This document shows, in pieces, positions 36,257 to 48,703 of a stretch of 64,000 bases of DNA; position 1 is the first letter of the stretch; every line of letters starts with the position of its first letter. Below the pieces are notes generated by a model, which was given only the letters and a program-made list of their open reading frames with translations, made no database searches and was not told the DNA's origin. A program made the translations under genes and the position numbers. The stretch is from contig CP154954.1 in assembly GCA_039621445.1 (NCBI GenBank), positions 9,488,634-9,552,633 on the forward strand. Reading direction: 5' to 3'. Origin of the DNA: Euglena gracilis (Eukaryota).

Positions 36257-39200
36257 GGGAGCCCGAGGTCCGAGGGCACGGACCTCTGGGCTGATGAACA
36301 GATGGAGGTGGGACCTGATCAACCCTGCCCCCCCTGCCCATCTGCCTTTCTGGTCGGTACCCGGAAAATTTTCGGGTCCCCCACCCCCCACTCCAACTTT
36401 CCGCTCGGAATGTTGTGCAAAGTAGAAAAGGGTTCATGGGAAAGCTGGCAAGAAAACGTATTTTCGCCAGACCCTTCACTTTTCCTACCCCCCATGGAAC
36501 TTTTGGTCCAAGCGGAAATCAAAATCCAAAATTTTTGTACAAAAGTCAAAATTCTCATTGACACTGGTTGTCGCATTGCACTACTTTTTCGGTTTGGGCT
36601 GATACCAACCCCCCTCTTGGTGAAAGCCAAGAAGCCGATCAAAATTACGACGGCTGACAACACCCCCATGTGCGGTGGTGACTTGGGATGCTTTTTGGAC
36701 ATAGTCTTACCCCTCATCCCCAAGCACCACTCACACCCCCCCCAACCGCAAAATTTTCCGGATACCTGGGGATACGAATACGGAATCCATGGTTCTGACA
36801 TAATTCTGGGATACCCCTTTTTACGTCAGCACCGGCTGGTAGTGGATTGCCACTCCCACGGTTTGCGCACGTCACCATTCTCCTCATTGCCCCCCAAACC
36901 CTCATCACCTGTGGCGTCAACCGCGATAGCCACCAATTTTTCCACACCGTTTTCGAAAACTTTTACCCCGTTACCAACCACACCAACCAACGTTTTCCAC
37001 ACCGGGTGTACCGAGAAAGTTCACCCCCTGCCCATTGACACACCAACTTCCGTTCCCCATGAGGCAGGGCAAGCGAGTAGCGGTACCCCCCTCGTTCCAC
37101 TGTGTTACAAGACGAAAGCCCAAAGGCCTGAAGTTATAACGGTGTCGAGTAGTCGCCCAGCTGCACTAATACCCCGTTTTCCACCAGATGTATCGCTTCC
37201 AGATACATCTGTATACCCCCCAGCAGCTTCAAAAGCGCATCCCAACTTTTACACACACCCCCACCAGACCAACATGCGCGACCAGGACCACTACTCCGAC
37301 ACTTCCTTCCAATGTGTGCACTGTAGGAGAATTTCCGCCCAGCCAGATTTCGATTGTGGATGTCTAGTCCAAACACCAACACTAATCCCGATTTCGCGTA
37401 ACCATACACTTGGTTGCGGATCGCAATGCGCGACCGTACATCAAGTGCTCCAACAACGAGGTATTGCCTTGTTGTTTGGGACCGCGAAATCCGTGTCACA
37501 CACCTCCCCCACCTCCATCTGGCATGATATGGACTGGGTATGTACCCATCCAACCCATCAACCCTTGGGAATGCCCCTTGGGAGTGTGGATGACACACCC
37601 TTGACCTATGTTTGCGGATCCCTGAATTGCGTTACCGCTCTTCAACCCGCGAACCAGGTCGACACCTACGCGATGCGCGTCTGGAACGCATTTAATTTTG
37701 GTCAATACCGTATTTTGGAGGAATGGTTCTCCAAAATCGCGGCTTTGGCTGATTCCTTCGATTTGTCGTTGGAAATTGATGCGTTCTCATCAAAAGCGCA
37801 TGCGCGCTTGTCGCGATGTTGGTCGCGACATACCAACGCATTTCTTAAATTCTGGGGTGATACGGTGCTATGGATGCACCCTCCCCCAAAACTTATCCCG
37901 GATGTGGTGGAGAAAATCCTCCGCGATGAAGCGCGAGGAGCTCTCCTCATACCCGTCAATCCGAATGCGGATTGGTTTCATCAACTATCCTATGTGTGTT
38001 TTCATTGGTGGGATTTACCCGCTGATGTACCACTATTTGAGGATTTTTGTGGTATATTATTACCACCTGTTAAAGAAATCATTTTTCGCGTTTGTTTCTT
38101 CGACGCATTCGGAATATCCGATTTGCGTGTGCCAAGATACCTTGGTACCAATGGGGATGCCACACCCTCAACGCAGATTTCTGCGGTCATTGAGAGTGCG
38201 GACCAACATCCCAAGTCTGCTGATTATTGTTCGCGAATTGCTCGCGAATTTCATGGTGTACTGGATAATCCAGTTTACGCCTGCGACATCGACCCCGCGA
38301 TTCGCGGTCCGTTCGGTGTTTGCAAAATCGAGCTCAAGGATGGCGCTAAACCTATGCACCGGAAATTCTTCCGTTGTTCGGGTGAACGCGAACAGGCTCT
38401 CAACGAGATGATTGAGAAGCTCATCCAGCGGAAGTGGATTATCCCTTCCAAGAGCGAGTGGACATCACAAGCTTTTGTGGTGCCCAAACCCGCTGACCAG
38501 TCTGGTCAGAAGAAGTGGAGACTAGTGCTGGATTACCGGTACCTGAACTCCCAAACGAAGGATGACCCCTTCCCGTTACCGCTGATCGAGGATTTGATCA
38601 CAAAACAATCGGATAACCGGTTGTGGTCAATCTTTGATCTGGAAGACGGTTTCCATCAGATGCATTTGCATCCTGATTCACAACCGTACACGGCATTCGT
38701 GACATCCAAGGGTGTGTACCAATGGACGGTACTCCCCATGGGTGTTAAGAATGGCCCAGCCATGTTTCAACGCATGATCCAGTGGGTTTTGCGCGATTTA
38801 CCGTTTGCTCTGGTGTACATCGATGATGTAATGGTGGGAACCCAACCGCCATCCGCGAAATCGGGCGAGGATATCCTCGACCCGCATTATCGCGATGTGC
38901 GCGCGGTATTATCCGCGTTCCAAAAGCATGTGCTTTTTGTGAAGGGTTCCAAAATGCACCTGTTTCGCAAAATTATTAAGTTTTGCGGACACATTCTGAG
39001 CAACGGGCAGCGTAAAGCCGCACCCAGTAAGATGGAGGCCATTAAGAAATGGACTCCTGAGGTCATTAAGACTTTAACGCATTTAAAGGGATTTTTGGGA
39101 TTAGCCCAATACTACGCGATTTACATGAAAGATTTCGCGAAAATCGCGGTACCCCTAACCCGACAACTCAAAAATCGGACACCCGATAACGCCAAAGTCA

Positions 39201-41383
39201 TTTGGGATGACCAAATGCGCGAGGCCTTGAATAAAATCAAGGACTTGCTTCTCGAGAACGTGGTTCTCGATATCGCGGATCCATTCAAACCGTATGTCCT
39301 GGAGGTCGACAGCAGCGATTACGCTGTTGGCGGGGTCCTTAGCCAGCATAATGCGGCGAATGAACTCCGACCTGTGGCTTTCTTTAGCAGGAAGCTACAG
39401 GGCGACAACGGGAAAGGACAGGTTAAATGGAGCATTCGCGAAAAGGAGACATATGCCATTGTGCTAATTCTCCAGAAGTTCCGCAGCTGGATAGCCAGCA
39501 GCTTGGTCCAGATACTAGTGTTGACGGATCATGAGAGCCTTCAACACTGGTATACCGAGGACCTGAACAAGGCCATGTCATCAGTTGGCAGAAGATGCCG
39601 ATGGCATGAGTTCTTGAGCCAGTTTAACCTGGTGGTAGTTTATCACCCAGGTCATACGCAAAAAGTTGCGGATCCTCTCAGCCGAGCCCCCTGGTATTAT
39701 CCTGGGAACCCGGATGAGGGTGATGCGACTTTTCATGGCAGCCATGAGGCTGACCAGTTCGCACGTCGATCCGACGCTGCGGACAACATGCTCGATTCAC
39801 TACCGGTTTCCCGGGTGTATCGCAGCATCGCCATTTCACCATTGCGTGGAAGGCGCCGGCGTGGACGCACTGCCGGACCCCGTCGCATTACGCGTACGGA
39901 AACTCCTACCCCCCTATTTTTCCGCGAATGGGATTATTCGCGTGACCCTATATACAGTACCATTGTGAATAGACTTCGTAATGGTGAATCCATAGAGAAT
40001 TACTCTCTATCACCATTGCGGCTTATTTTCCGGAATGATTCTGGTTATAAATATTGTATACCCCAAGACCTGGTTGATGATGTGATTTTGAGCTATCACA
40101 ACCATGGTCACCCTGGGGCCCCCAAACTTCTTTCACTAGTGGGTCGCAGATATTGCACAACCCTGAGTGAAAAAGAATTATATTCGCGCTGTTTGCAAAT
40201 TTCGCAACGGTGCCAAATTTGTCAGGCTGTGAAACCGCGCAGAGGTACCCCCCCTGGTACGATGGACTTTTTCCCCGTACCACCTGACATTTTTACGTCC
40301 CTCTGCATGGATTTTCTCGAACTTGAACCTTGCAAAGGATCAGATGACAAAATTTACGATTACGTTTTTGTTGTCGTCTGTCGGCTGAGTGGGTACATAG
40401 TAGCCATTCCATGCCGGAAAGCAGGGTTGACAGCCCAAATTTTGGCATCTATATTCCTGGAGAAATGCATCTGCTTAATGGGTTTACCGAACGAAATTGT
40501 GAGTGATCAAGATCACTTGATCTCTTCACGGGTTTTCACAACTTTGTGCGGTTTACTCGGCATTGAGCAGCATTTTTCCACTATATACCGCCCGAAAGGC
40601 AATGGTAGGGCCGAGGCAGCCGTGAAATCCGTTGTCAATATGCTTCGCCTTTCACTGGCTGACTCGGGTAAGAATTGGTTATCCGTTCTTCATTGGTGTT
40701 TATTTTACATCAATACCTTGCCAGGGTTGGTATTACCACACTCACCGTACAAAATTGTTTTCGGACGTGACCCTCCGGCCATAGGGGATATCCCCTCGGA
40801 GAGACCCGCCCGAAGTAGCGTCAGCTGTGAAACGTGGTTTGCAGAAGTGGAATCACTCCGCTCTGCAGTCCAATCACGTATCACAGAAATTCATTCCAAC
40901 AAACGGAAATCGTTTTTGCAGAACTTCAACACACCTGTGTATAGTCCAGGTGACCGCGTGTGGGTACGGAATAACCGCACCCGCATGCAATCTTCCAAGC
41001 TAGATCCTCTTTGGCTCGGCCCATGCGAAATTTTGGAGAGGTTAGGTAGTAGCGGGCGATATAAAGTTGCCTTGCCCAACGGGATTGAGGACGTCCATAT
41101 GGACGACTTCAAACCGTACCTAAGCCCCCCAGACGGAAAAGCTATCCCCTGCCTATATTTCAAGCCCCGTTCCAGATTACCTGAAACGGACGACTTTGTG
41201 GTCGATAAGATAATAGACCACAAGGTCGACAGGGGTGTGCACTACTGGAAAGTTCGCTGGAAAGGGTATGGGCCAGAGGAGGACACTTGGGAGCCAGCAT
41301 CCAGTTTTGTTGGATATGTCCAACAGGATTGGAAGCTGTGGAACAAGCGCAATAACATAGACATAAACATAAACACTTTCTGA
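36257..41383 (+). CDS. pol: Pol: aspartic protease, Dam-like methyltransferase, RT, RNase H, integrase, chromodomain; in frame with gag
   Basis: ILIDTGC; IDAF..NAF..W..LWMHPPP; YIDD (38816-38827); [18 protein letters not shown] and [26 protein letters not shown]; no internal stops. Confidence 0.97.
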   Translation, partial: GSPRSEGTDLWADEQMEVGPDQPCPPCPSAFLVGTRKIFGSPTPHSNFPLGMLCKVEKGSWESWQENVFSPDPSLFLPPMELLVQAEIKIQNFCTKVKILIDTGCRIALLFRFGLIPTPLLVKAKKPIKITTADNTPMCGGDLGCFLDIVLPLIPKHHSHPPQPQNFPDTWGYEYGIHGSDIILGYPFLRQHRLVVDCHSHGLRTSPFSSLPPKPSSPVASTAIATNFSTPFSKTFTPLPTTPTNVFHTGCTEKVHPLPIDTPTSVPHEAGQASSGTPLVPLCYKTKAQRPEVITVSSSRPAALIPRFPPDVSLPDTSVYPPAASKAHPNFYTHPHQTNMRDQDHYSDTSFQCVHCRRISAQPDFDCGCLVQTPTLIPISRNHTLGCGSQCATVHQVLQQRGIALLFGTAKSVSHTSPTSIWHDMDWVCTHPTHQPLGMPLGSVDDTPLTYVCGSLNCVTALQPANQVDTYAMRVWNAFNFGQYRILEEWFSKIAALADSFDLSLEIDAFSSKAHARLSRCWSRHTNAFLKFWGDTVLWMHPPPKLIPDVVEKILRDEARGALLIPVNPNADWFHQLSYVCFHWWDLPADVPLFEDFCGILLPPVKEIIFRVCFFDAFGISDLRVPRYLGTNGDATPSTQISAVIESADQHPKSADYCSRIAREFHGVLDNPVYACDIDPAIRGPFGVCKIELKDGAKPMHRKFFRCSGEREQALNEMIEKLIQRKWIIPSKSEWTSQAFVVPKPADQSGQKKWRLVLDYRYLNSQTKDDPFPLPLIEDLITKQSDNRLWSIFDLEDGFHQMHLHPDSQPYTAFVTSKGVYQWTVLPMGVKNGPAMFQRMIQWVLRDLPFALVYIDDVMVGTQPPSAKSGEDILDPHYRDVRAVLSAFQKHVLFVKGSKMHLFRKIIKFCGHILSNGQRKAAPSKMEAIKKWTPEVIKTLTHLKGFLGLAQYYAIYMKDFAKIAVPLTRQLKNRTPDNAKVIWDDQMREALNKIKDLLLENVVLDIADPFKPYVLEVDSSDYAVGGVLSQHNAANELRPVAFFSRKLQGDNGKGQVKWSIREKETYAIVLILQKFRSWIASSLVQILVLTDHESLQHWYTEDLNKAMSSVGRRCRWHEFLSQFNLVVVYHPGHTQKVADPLSRAPWYYPGNPDEGDATFHGSHEADQFARRSDAADNMLDSLPVSRVYRSIAISPLRGRRRRGRTAGPRRITRTETPTPLFFREWDYSRDPIYSTIVNRLRNGESIENYSLSPLRLIFRNDSGYKYCIPQDLVDDVILSYHNHGHPGAPKLLSLVGRRYCTTLSEKELYSRCLQISQRCQICQAVKPRRGTPPGTMDFFPVPPDIFTSLCMDFLELEPCKGSDDKIYDYVFVVVCRLSGYIVAIPCRKAGLTAQILASIFLEKCICLMGLPNEIVSDQDHLISSRVFTTLCGLLGIEQHFSTIYRPKGNGRAEAAVKSVVNMLRLSLADSGKNWLSVLHWCLFYINTLPGLVLPHSPYKIVFGRDPPAIGDIPSERPARSSVSCETWFAEVESLRSAVQSRITEIHSNKRKSFLQNFNTPVYSPGDRVWVRNNRTRMQSSKLDPLWLGPCEILERLGSSGRYKVALPNGIEDVHMDDFKPYLSPPDGKAIPCLYFKPRSRLPETDDFVVDKIIDHKVDRGVHYWKVRWKGYGPEEDTWEPASSFVGYVQQDWKLWNKRNNIDININTF
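37690..38110 (+). other. Dam-like N6-adenine DNA methyltransferase domain within element B Pol
   Basis: [20 protein letters not shown]...[30 protein letters not shown].....WF matches the motif spacing of phage/DIRS Dam domains. Confidence 0.8.
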
Positions 41384-41578
41384 AACGATTTCGTTTTGGA
41401 GAATGCGTGTGTTTTATGTGAATGTTTCGCGTTTATACCCCCCCCTGCACTTCATTATTTCTCTATCTTTCTCGCAGAGTTTTGATTAAGATAGAAGCCT
41501 TACTTTTTCAGTGCACCAGCACTCAAAGCGACTGACAACAAGGTTACCCTTAGTTGTCGTCGTCGTTCGGGTAGCATC

Positions 41579-44500
41579 ATGCTGCCTGGGCGCGGACCTG
41601 GACCAGGTCCACCATGGCCGCAGCCTTCTGGCGCGCCATACCCCCAGTACCCTCAGTATGCTGAGGCCCCGATTCCGGGTGCCCCACATGCCGAGAGGAG
41701 CGCAGCCCCGGTATTCGCCGCGGCTACCAGCAGCCGGTCCGCATATGCGGTACCAGATCCATCTGCCGTCCAGCAGCCGGCACCTCAGCCACCAGCGCAG
41801 CGCAGATCGCGCCTGCCCCCGTATGCGGGAGAGATGATCTTCCGCACTACGGAGACGTTGGAGCGGGCGATGCGTATGTGCGCACACCCCCCAACGGAGC
41901 CCTTTATGCAAGCCCTTTGGGATGCATACTGTGCTCAGTTGTTGGTGGTAGCCAACACCCTGTGGCTCAGTGGTGTCCCTGCGGTCAAGCCCTGATGACG
42001 GGGAGACGGTATTTCTCGTCCGCAGCCGATTCCGGCTTCGAACCCGGCGAGACCATGATGGACCTGGGCGTGTATGTGCCGCCCATGCTGCAAACGCAGA
42101 CGCCGGTGGGATCCCACACCGTGCATATGCGTGAGCACACGCCCCCACCGGTAGGTGAGGCTGTGCATGTCCCACCTGGGATGACGAGAATTTTTGCTCG
42201 CCCGCCCTCGCCGCAGCGAATGCCGCCGCGCGAGCCACCAGCGGAGCAATTTGTCTCGCGGTACGCGACGCACGCGGATTACCCGCGCGGCGCACGCGTG
42301 CTCCCAGCCGGACAGTCGGACGTGCCCTCTGAGGCATACGTCCAACACATGTTCATGCACTGGATGCCACAAGCATCACCGGTCGCCCCTGTCCCTGGCG
42401 TTGAGCCACGGAGACAGGCGGAGCCCATAGTGGTGGAGGATGAACCTCCCCACCGAGAGGCAGCCCGACCGCCCAGTGCAGCCCCTGTCCAGACTGGGGA
42501 TGTCCCCCGTCGGCAGGAGGCTCTCTACTATCATATGGCACCTCCGGGAACCGAGCAGGATGAGCTTGCTCGGCACTTCCTGCAGGAGCCAGTATTCGCG
42601 TCTGAAGAGCACCGGACGAGGTATTACGCCTCTCTGGCTGCCCTTCAGGGTCGTGGATACACCCCCTACCATCCGTACCAGCCGCAGCTGCGGGTGGCAA
42701 CCCCGGTATTACCCGGTGAGCCCCCGGCAGGAGCGGCAGGATTACCTGCCACCCTGAAGCGCGATAGGGTTACGGAGAACCTTACCCCACAGCCCAGGCG
42801 ACCCAGCCCACGGGACGCGGAAGGCGGTGCGGCAATGCAGGTGGAAGCCAGCCAGGATACCCCGGCTGGGCAACCACCGGCAGTGGCACAGGCAGCGATG
42901 AGCCGTCCTGTTGCCGCAATGCCACCGCCGATCCCTCCGGTATGGAAGGAGCCGCGACCCCCTACGCCGAAACCAAGCCCACGCCAGGCTCCTAGCCAGC
43001 GCCCAGCCACGCCGTCACCGCGACGTGCAGCGGAACGACAAGGTCCCTCCCCAGAGATGGAATGGGAAGGTACCGAACCGACTCCTGCCGCACCGAGCGC
43101 CCGACCCTCTGGTATTCGCCAGACAGGGAAGGACAAAGGTAAGGCTGAGGGCAAAGGCAAGGGAGAAGGCAAAGGCGTGGCCGGCAAAGGTAAGGGTGAG
43201 GGGCAAGGGTAAGGGTACAGCCCGTGAGGAGGAGGAAGAACCAGCAGAAGTCCTCTCGGACTTTGAGCATATGCTCAGGTTCAAGGAGGAGCTGGAGGAC
43301 GAAGGCTGGCGAATGCAGCATGATTACCATGTTGCAGGAAACCGCCCCGTCACCCCTCCGGAGGCAGTCATCGAGGTGGTATTACACCACACGAGAACAG
43401 AGTCAGACAATTCCATTACGGAATTGACCTGTACGCCTTCGAAGGTGAAGGTGGCAGACCCTTGCTGGATATCCAGCCGGGTTTCTGGGAACTCTGGTTT
43501 TGGCTGGGATACCCCTGCCAGAACTGGGGTCTCTTCAGCGACTCCACTGGCCGCAGTTACCTGCACCAGTTAGGATTTCGGGACCAGCATGTGTTGGCCC
43601 GAAGGCTGAAGGCAATCTTCGACTGTATTCACACAGTCGGGCCCCTCGGTGTGCAGTGGAAATACTACCCACTGAACCCCGACATCGAACGCCTGATCGA
43701 GGTGTTGTGGTGCAACAACCTCCAGGTGTGGCTGGTGAGCCATTACGGCTCCACCTTCCGCGTTAAGCGCGTTTCCCTGGCTTACCCACAGAGGTATGAC
43801 CTCTGTTGTAAGTATTGCCGGCAGGAGTTTCCTGTCGACTTCTGGGGATTCGGCGTACGCGGAAGTCCTCCACCGCCTCGGGATAACCCGGGCCTGGAGA
43901 TGGGACGCCGCATGCTTATGCATGTGTGCCGCGACGCCCCGGATGTCCAGGGCAAAAGTCGCCGCGTCCATAAGCAGCGTATTTTTATGCTGCAACAGTT
44001 CTGGTGGCGAGCCTGGACCACCTACGTCATGGAGGTGTATATACATCTCCGTGACCCCCAGGACGATAGGCCTGGTATGGAAAGCTTGCCACCAGACTAC
44101 GGCGACCCCGTTGAGGGACCTCGTCGTCGTCGGGTTATCGCCGACCTGCGCCCCAACTGGCACCTGGCCGGGATAGACCTGGAGGAACATTTGAGGCGAC
44201 AGTTTGGCGGTACCCTCGACAGGGAGGTATTCCTTCCGCTGATGGCTCACCCGAAGGCCATCCTCGACCTGGGTATGCCAATTCTGGCATGCGCGCAGGA
44301 GTTCGAAGAGGGCTTTTTCGAGGTCTGGGAAGACACGCGTTACCGCGGCTTCCTGGGCCCGAACAGGCCTGCAAACGCTTGGGTGCAGCCATCATGGCCG
44401 CCACCCTGGCCCAACAGTGCCAGCAGCAGCACGCTGGCCTTTTACAGGCTGGCGGATGCCCAGGGATGCCGATGGCACCCCGACGATCCTCGTTCGCCCG

Positions 44501-47100
44501 AGGATCTGCGCGCCTTCATCGCCCCAGAGGATGAACCTCTGGCGCGAAGGAGACGTGAGGCGTCAGTCGCTTCCACCACCGCGATTCCGCGGCGGGAGGA
44601 ACGCGACCGCAGCCCCTCCGTCACCATTCTGGAGGCAGCGCCGCCGTCTCCGACAGGAACGGCTGTATCATTCGTCTCTGCCCCGCGAGCGGCAGGGGAA
44701 CGATCAGTTTCCCCGGCCCCCGCGGCGGCAGCTCCCGTCTGTCCACCGGTAGGTGGAGACGAGGAACTCCCTCAGGAGGAAGGCGAGAACGTGGAGGATA
44801 TCCTCTACGCTGCTCTGCATCCTCTGGCACAGCCTAGGCCAGACGAAGCACCCGCAGGGGATATACCTGTGGCTGCTACGCCTGTTCCAACGGCTGAGCC
44901 TCCAGCCGAGGTGACTGGTATGGTCGTCGAGGATATCCTCGAAGAATCTGCCAGTCCCACAGCACGCACCTCGTTAGGAGGCCGTGTGCTCGGCGCCGTA
45001 GTCACCGGCATTACTGCCGTGGCTGCTGCACTAACGCCACGAGGTGGAGGCGCAGCATCAAGCTCCGCCGCTGAGGTCGTGGAGACACCAGATGTCGGTG
45101 CGCCACCACACACATCTCTGGCAGCAGTGCAACCACCATCAGGGGATGAACCCCAGCCGACAGAGACATCTGTCGCACCGGCTACATCGGAGGATGAACC
45201 TCCCGTAGCACCTGCGCCAGCGGTTGTGGAGGATCAACCTCCTAGACCGGATGTCGAAATGGAAGTGGAGAGTATACCCCCACGACCACCGACACCGCGC
45301 AGGGTCCCTGCAGTCCCGAGGACAATGGCAGAGTTTCTGGGAGCGCCAGCGCCTGTGGAAGCACCGATTCCGGTGACGGCCACAGTACCACGCTTCGTCG
45401 GACAGGATGAACCTGTTCGGCGACGGCCGGCTGAACAACCCCAGGAACGAGTGCCAACCCCTCGGAGCGTCATGCGCGACCCAGCGGTCAGTATGCCCGC
45501 TTCGCCCAGACGGCAAACGTCTACTCCGGCACCATCGGCTCCTGATACCAGGAGTAAGCCGCAGGCGTCGTCTCCTGATTCCGGGAGTGCGAAGCCGAAA
45601 GGAGGCAAACCGGGTGCTGCACCCTGTAAGCCCCCTTCCAAAGGCGGTGATGGGAAACCACCACCGAAAGGTGGCGCTGGAGGTCAGACTGGCGGACAGC
45701 CGAAAGGCCCTACGACAATGCACGACTATTCGGCCGTTGCATCGTCCGGGTACGGCCAGAGCAAACCGAAAGGTAAGGCTCGTGGTCGACAGGCCCAATC
45801 TTCCGCCGGATCGACGGATGAGGAGCAGGATGAACCTGCTTCACCTCCTGTGTCTGCGGATGCCCAGCTCTGGACCCAGGATATCCTGACCGGACTAGGC
45901 ACCGTGGAAGAGAGGACGAAGAAACTGGCTGCTATTAGGCACCAGAAAGGGTCACTGAATCGATGGATTCAGCCCCTCTTCGTCCGAGGAGAACCTTTCC
46001 ACTATGTCCCGGAACATACCTGGACATTCTGGAACAGGCGCTCACCCAGAGTACTGGCACAGTACTTTGGCGAGGACTGCGTGTTGGATTTCCAGCACGG
46101 CACGTCCTTTGCCTGGACGTGCACCGTATGCCACCATGTGCGGCATAACCAACCGCTTGTGCATGTGTGCAAGCGGCAGGTGCAATCCTCGTGGTTCCAT
46201 CACAGGGCATATGTGCCGAACTGTGTGGCGCTCGTATGTGGCGAGTGCCTGAATGCCTGGAAGCACAGCTTGAACTACTCCTACAGTGAGAATGCTCACG
46301 ACAGGGATATCCCTGCCTTGTGCATCAACTGTATAGGAGGCAAGTTCGTGCAGACTGCTGATGGAGCAGTCACCACCATTGTCCCCCAGCACTGGGAGAC
46401 ACTGGAGAAGTGGAAGAAGGAGTACAAGCAGGTGGAAGGACGCCTGAAGCACTCCGACTTCAAAAAGGTAGAAAGCTACCGCCACACGGGAATGGCCCGT
46501 GAGTTCCAGATCGACGCTGGGGCAATGCGCCTCGCCGTCGAGGAACATGCCAAGGTAAGAATGCCTTACCTCTGGACTGATGGCGACTGGGAGACACAGG
46601 TTTACCCCCTGTTCTCCAAGCGTCAGCATGGCGGATACGCCTTGCCACTGTGGCCTCCTGAAGAACACGATTTGGTGGACTTCAGAGGTTGGTTGGCGGC
46701 TGTATTACGGCCCCATACCGCAAGAGCTCGGACAGCGAGGTGGATGTATGACATCAACTTCAAGCAGACCCCGGGGATGCCCCCGCAGGTGCCTGCGAAT
46801 CACCCCCGGATGAATTACATCATCTGGCCGGTGATGCTGCCCAGAATTTTCTGGGAGCAGCTCCAACGGTATCTTCAGCATCATGCTGAACGTACCAGGG
46901 AGAAGCTGCCGGATAATTGGATCAAGGACTGGGAGACCCCTTCCTTTGATGTCAACGATCCGGAGCTCAACACCATTCGGAGTGAATCAGCTCCGCCGCG
47001 TTCCCCACGCCAACTGGAGTTGGTTGAGGACCCATTAGGGGACCCCCAACACGACTACTGGCGTGAGGTCCGCGAACGTCCAGCCGATAAAGGCAGGTGA
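41579..47100 (+). CDS. Large third ORF of element B (~1800 aa if joined; frameshifts near 41955, 43200 and 43370), Pro-rich with Cys/His domains, function unknown
   Basis: Overlapping ORFs 41579, 41878, 42911 and 43462; the element A homologue reads through the breaks in one frame. Confidence 0.75.
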
Positions 47101-47907
47101 GGTGTCTGTCAGCGCCAATGCGGCGTCTTTCAGCACCCTCGTCAGGTATTCGCCTGACACCCTGTTTGGGTATTCGCCCGAACACCCCCTTCGAAGACCC
47201 TTTGCGGTATTCGCCGCTAGTAAGTTCCCACCGGGATGCTGCCATGTGCAGGATTCCGTGCGCATGCATGAACACCCCTCTCCCCTCTCCCCTCTCGCGG
47301 GCGTGCGACACGCAGCGCACAGGGCCGACGGCCTCTTTTCCTTTCTCTTTCTTTTCTTTTTGGCCGTTTGAGGCCTTAAGGCTGCCAGACAGCACAACTT
47401 TTCTGGCCTAAGCCAACCCCCCACTCCTCTCTACTTTCCCCCGGGGCAAATGCTGTCGCCGGCAGTTGGTTTTGTAGAGTAGGATTTCCTTTTGCGTGGT
47501 CAGGTTTGACTGGCCACGCGCCCTGCCCAGGTTTGACTGGTCAGAGGCCCCCTCCTTCCACACCCTCCCCATGGGTTTTCCTGGAATGCCCATGGACCAA
47601 CCCCCGTGCCTTTGGCACACCCAAACTGGGTGGATGGGTTTGCTTGGCAAGGAAACCTGCCAGCCCCATTTTCCCCAGTGGGCTATAATATACTATACCC
47701 CATAAGCCACCGCAAAATAGGTGAAACCATTTTGCGCGTTTTGGGCTTTTTGGGTCCCCTCCTTTCCGCCCCCCCTTTGAGTGGACCCCTGTGCGACGGA
47801 AAGGGCCCCTGTGGATGCGCCAGGGTGCACCTCCCACAGACCAGGTCTGTGTCCGAAATCCCTGTGGCCAGAATGCCTGGTCCAAAGGGGAAATCGGGCA
47901 GAGCCCT

Positions 47908-47917
47908 GGGAGGGGGA
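47908..47917 (+). promoter_or_regulatory. Polypurine tract of element B
   Basis: GGGAGGGGGA immediately before the 3' LTR start TGTGTAC. Confidence 0.85.
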
Positions 47918-48055
47918 TGTGTACCAGGCGTATGCTTCTGTCCCCTTCCGTTGAGGAAGTTAGGATGGAAGCAGATCCTATTAGGATTTCCTAATGGGTG
48001 CCCCTTCTCTCTCCACAGGTGGTATTCTTTTATATTCTTCTTATACCTTTTCCTT
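47918..48055 (+). repeat. 3' LTR of element B, only the first 138 bp present
   Basis: Identical to 31607-31744, followed by CCATT and host RT sequence. Confidence 0.9.
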
Positions 48056-48703
48056 CCATTGCCTTTGCCTTGGGTCTCCATCAGGCGCTGCAACAGGCTT
48101 CGGCCAATTTGCCCAACACGGTGTGGCAGGCATGGTACTTGGACGACGGCACTGTCATCGGCCCTGCCATTGATGTTCTGCCTTTTACGGCGTCTCTGGC
48201 CACGGCACTTGGCAGCGTTGGGCTCCACCTCAACCCCTCTAAGTGTGCCTTGTGGTGACCAGGTGTACCCTGTGCCACTCCGAAACCCCCGGCTCTTCAG
48301 ATCCTGCCTCCCGACCACCTTCCACAAAACTTCCCGGTCACCCCATGGGGACCGGGCAGTGGCATCCTGTGCCTAGGGGTACCCTGCGACTATCCTGGTG
48401 ACTGCACCTTTTCTGACACCGCGTGGGCCAAGGCATCCGAAAAATTTCAAGCTACCATCTCGCGCCTCCAACAACTGCCGGATCCTCAACTCCAACATTG
48501 TTTGCTGCGCAACTGTCTGGATGGCTGCCGCGCGTCACGCACCTTCTGCGTCAGACCAACATTTCTCCGGGACTCACAATGTGCAAGTGATCTCCGACTC
48601 CATCCGGAGTGCTGCCTCTGACATTGTGGGGGCACCCCTGTCTGCCTTGCATTGGAAACAAATCACCTTGCCGTGCAATAAGACAGGGTGGGGCATCACA
48701 GAC
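48056..48703 (+). mobile_element. CRE-like element 1, continuation of RT
   Basis: Resumes in frame: GP|IAFALGLHQ..WYLDDG..LNPSKC..LGVP..DPQLQHCLLR..LP....GWG. Confidence 0.88.

Larger units (their letters stand above)
31607..48055 (+). mobile_element. Element B: 16.4-kb Ty3/Gypsy chromovirus with Dam-like domain and large third ORF
   Basis: Identical 138-bp terminal direct repeats, CCATT target duplication, PBS, PPT, gag, and pol in PR-RT-RH-IN-chromodomain order. Confidence 0.97.

Noticed and set aside
36257-41383. DIRS element, suggested by the Dam-like domain
   Set aside because: It has a protease, DDE integrase, direct LTRs, PBS/PPT and a target duplication, and no tyrosine recombinase
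41579-47100. env gene
   Set aside because: No evident signal peptide, fusion peptide or transmembrane anchor; composition looks intracellular
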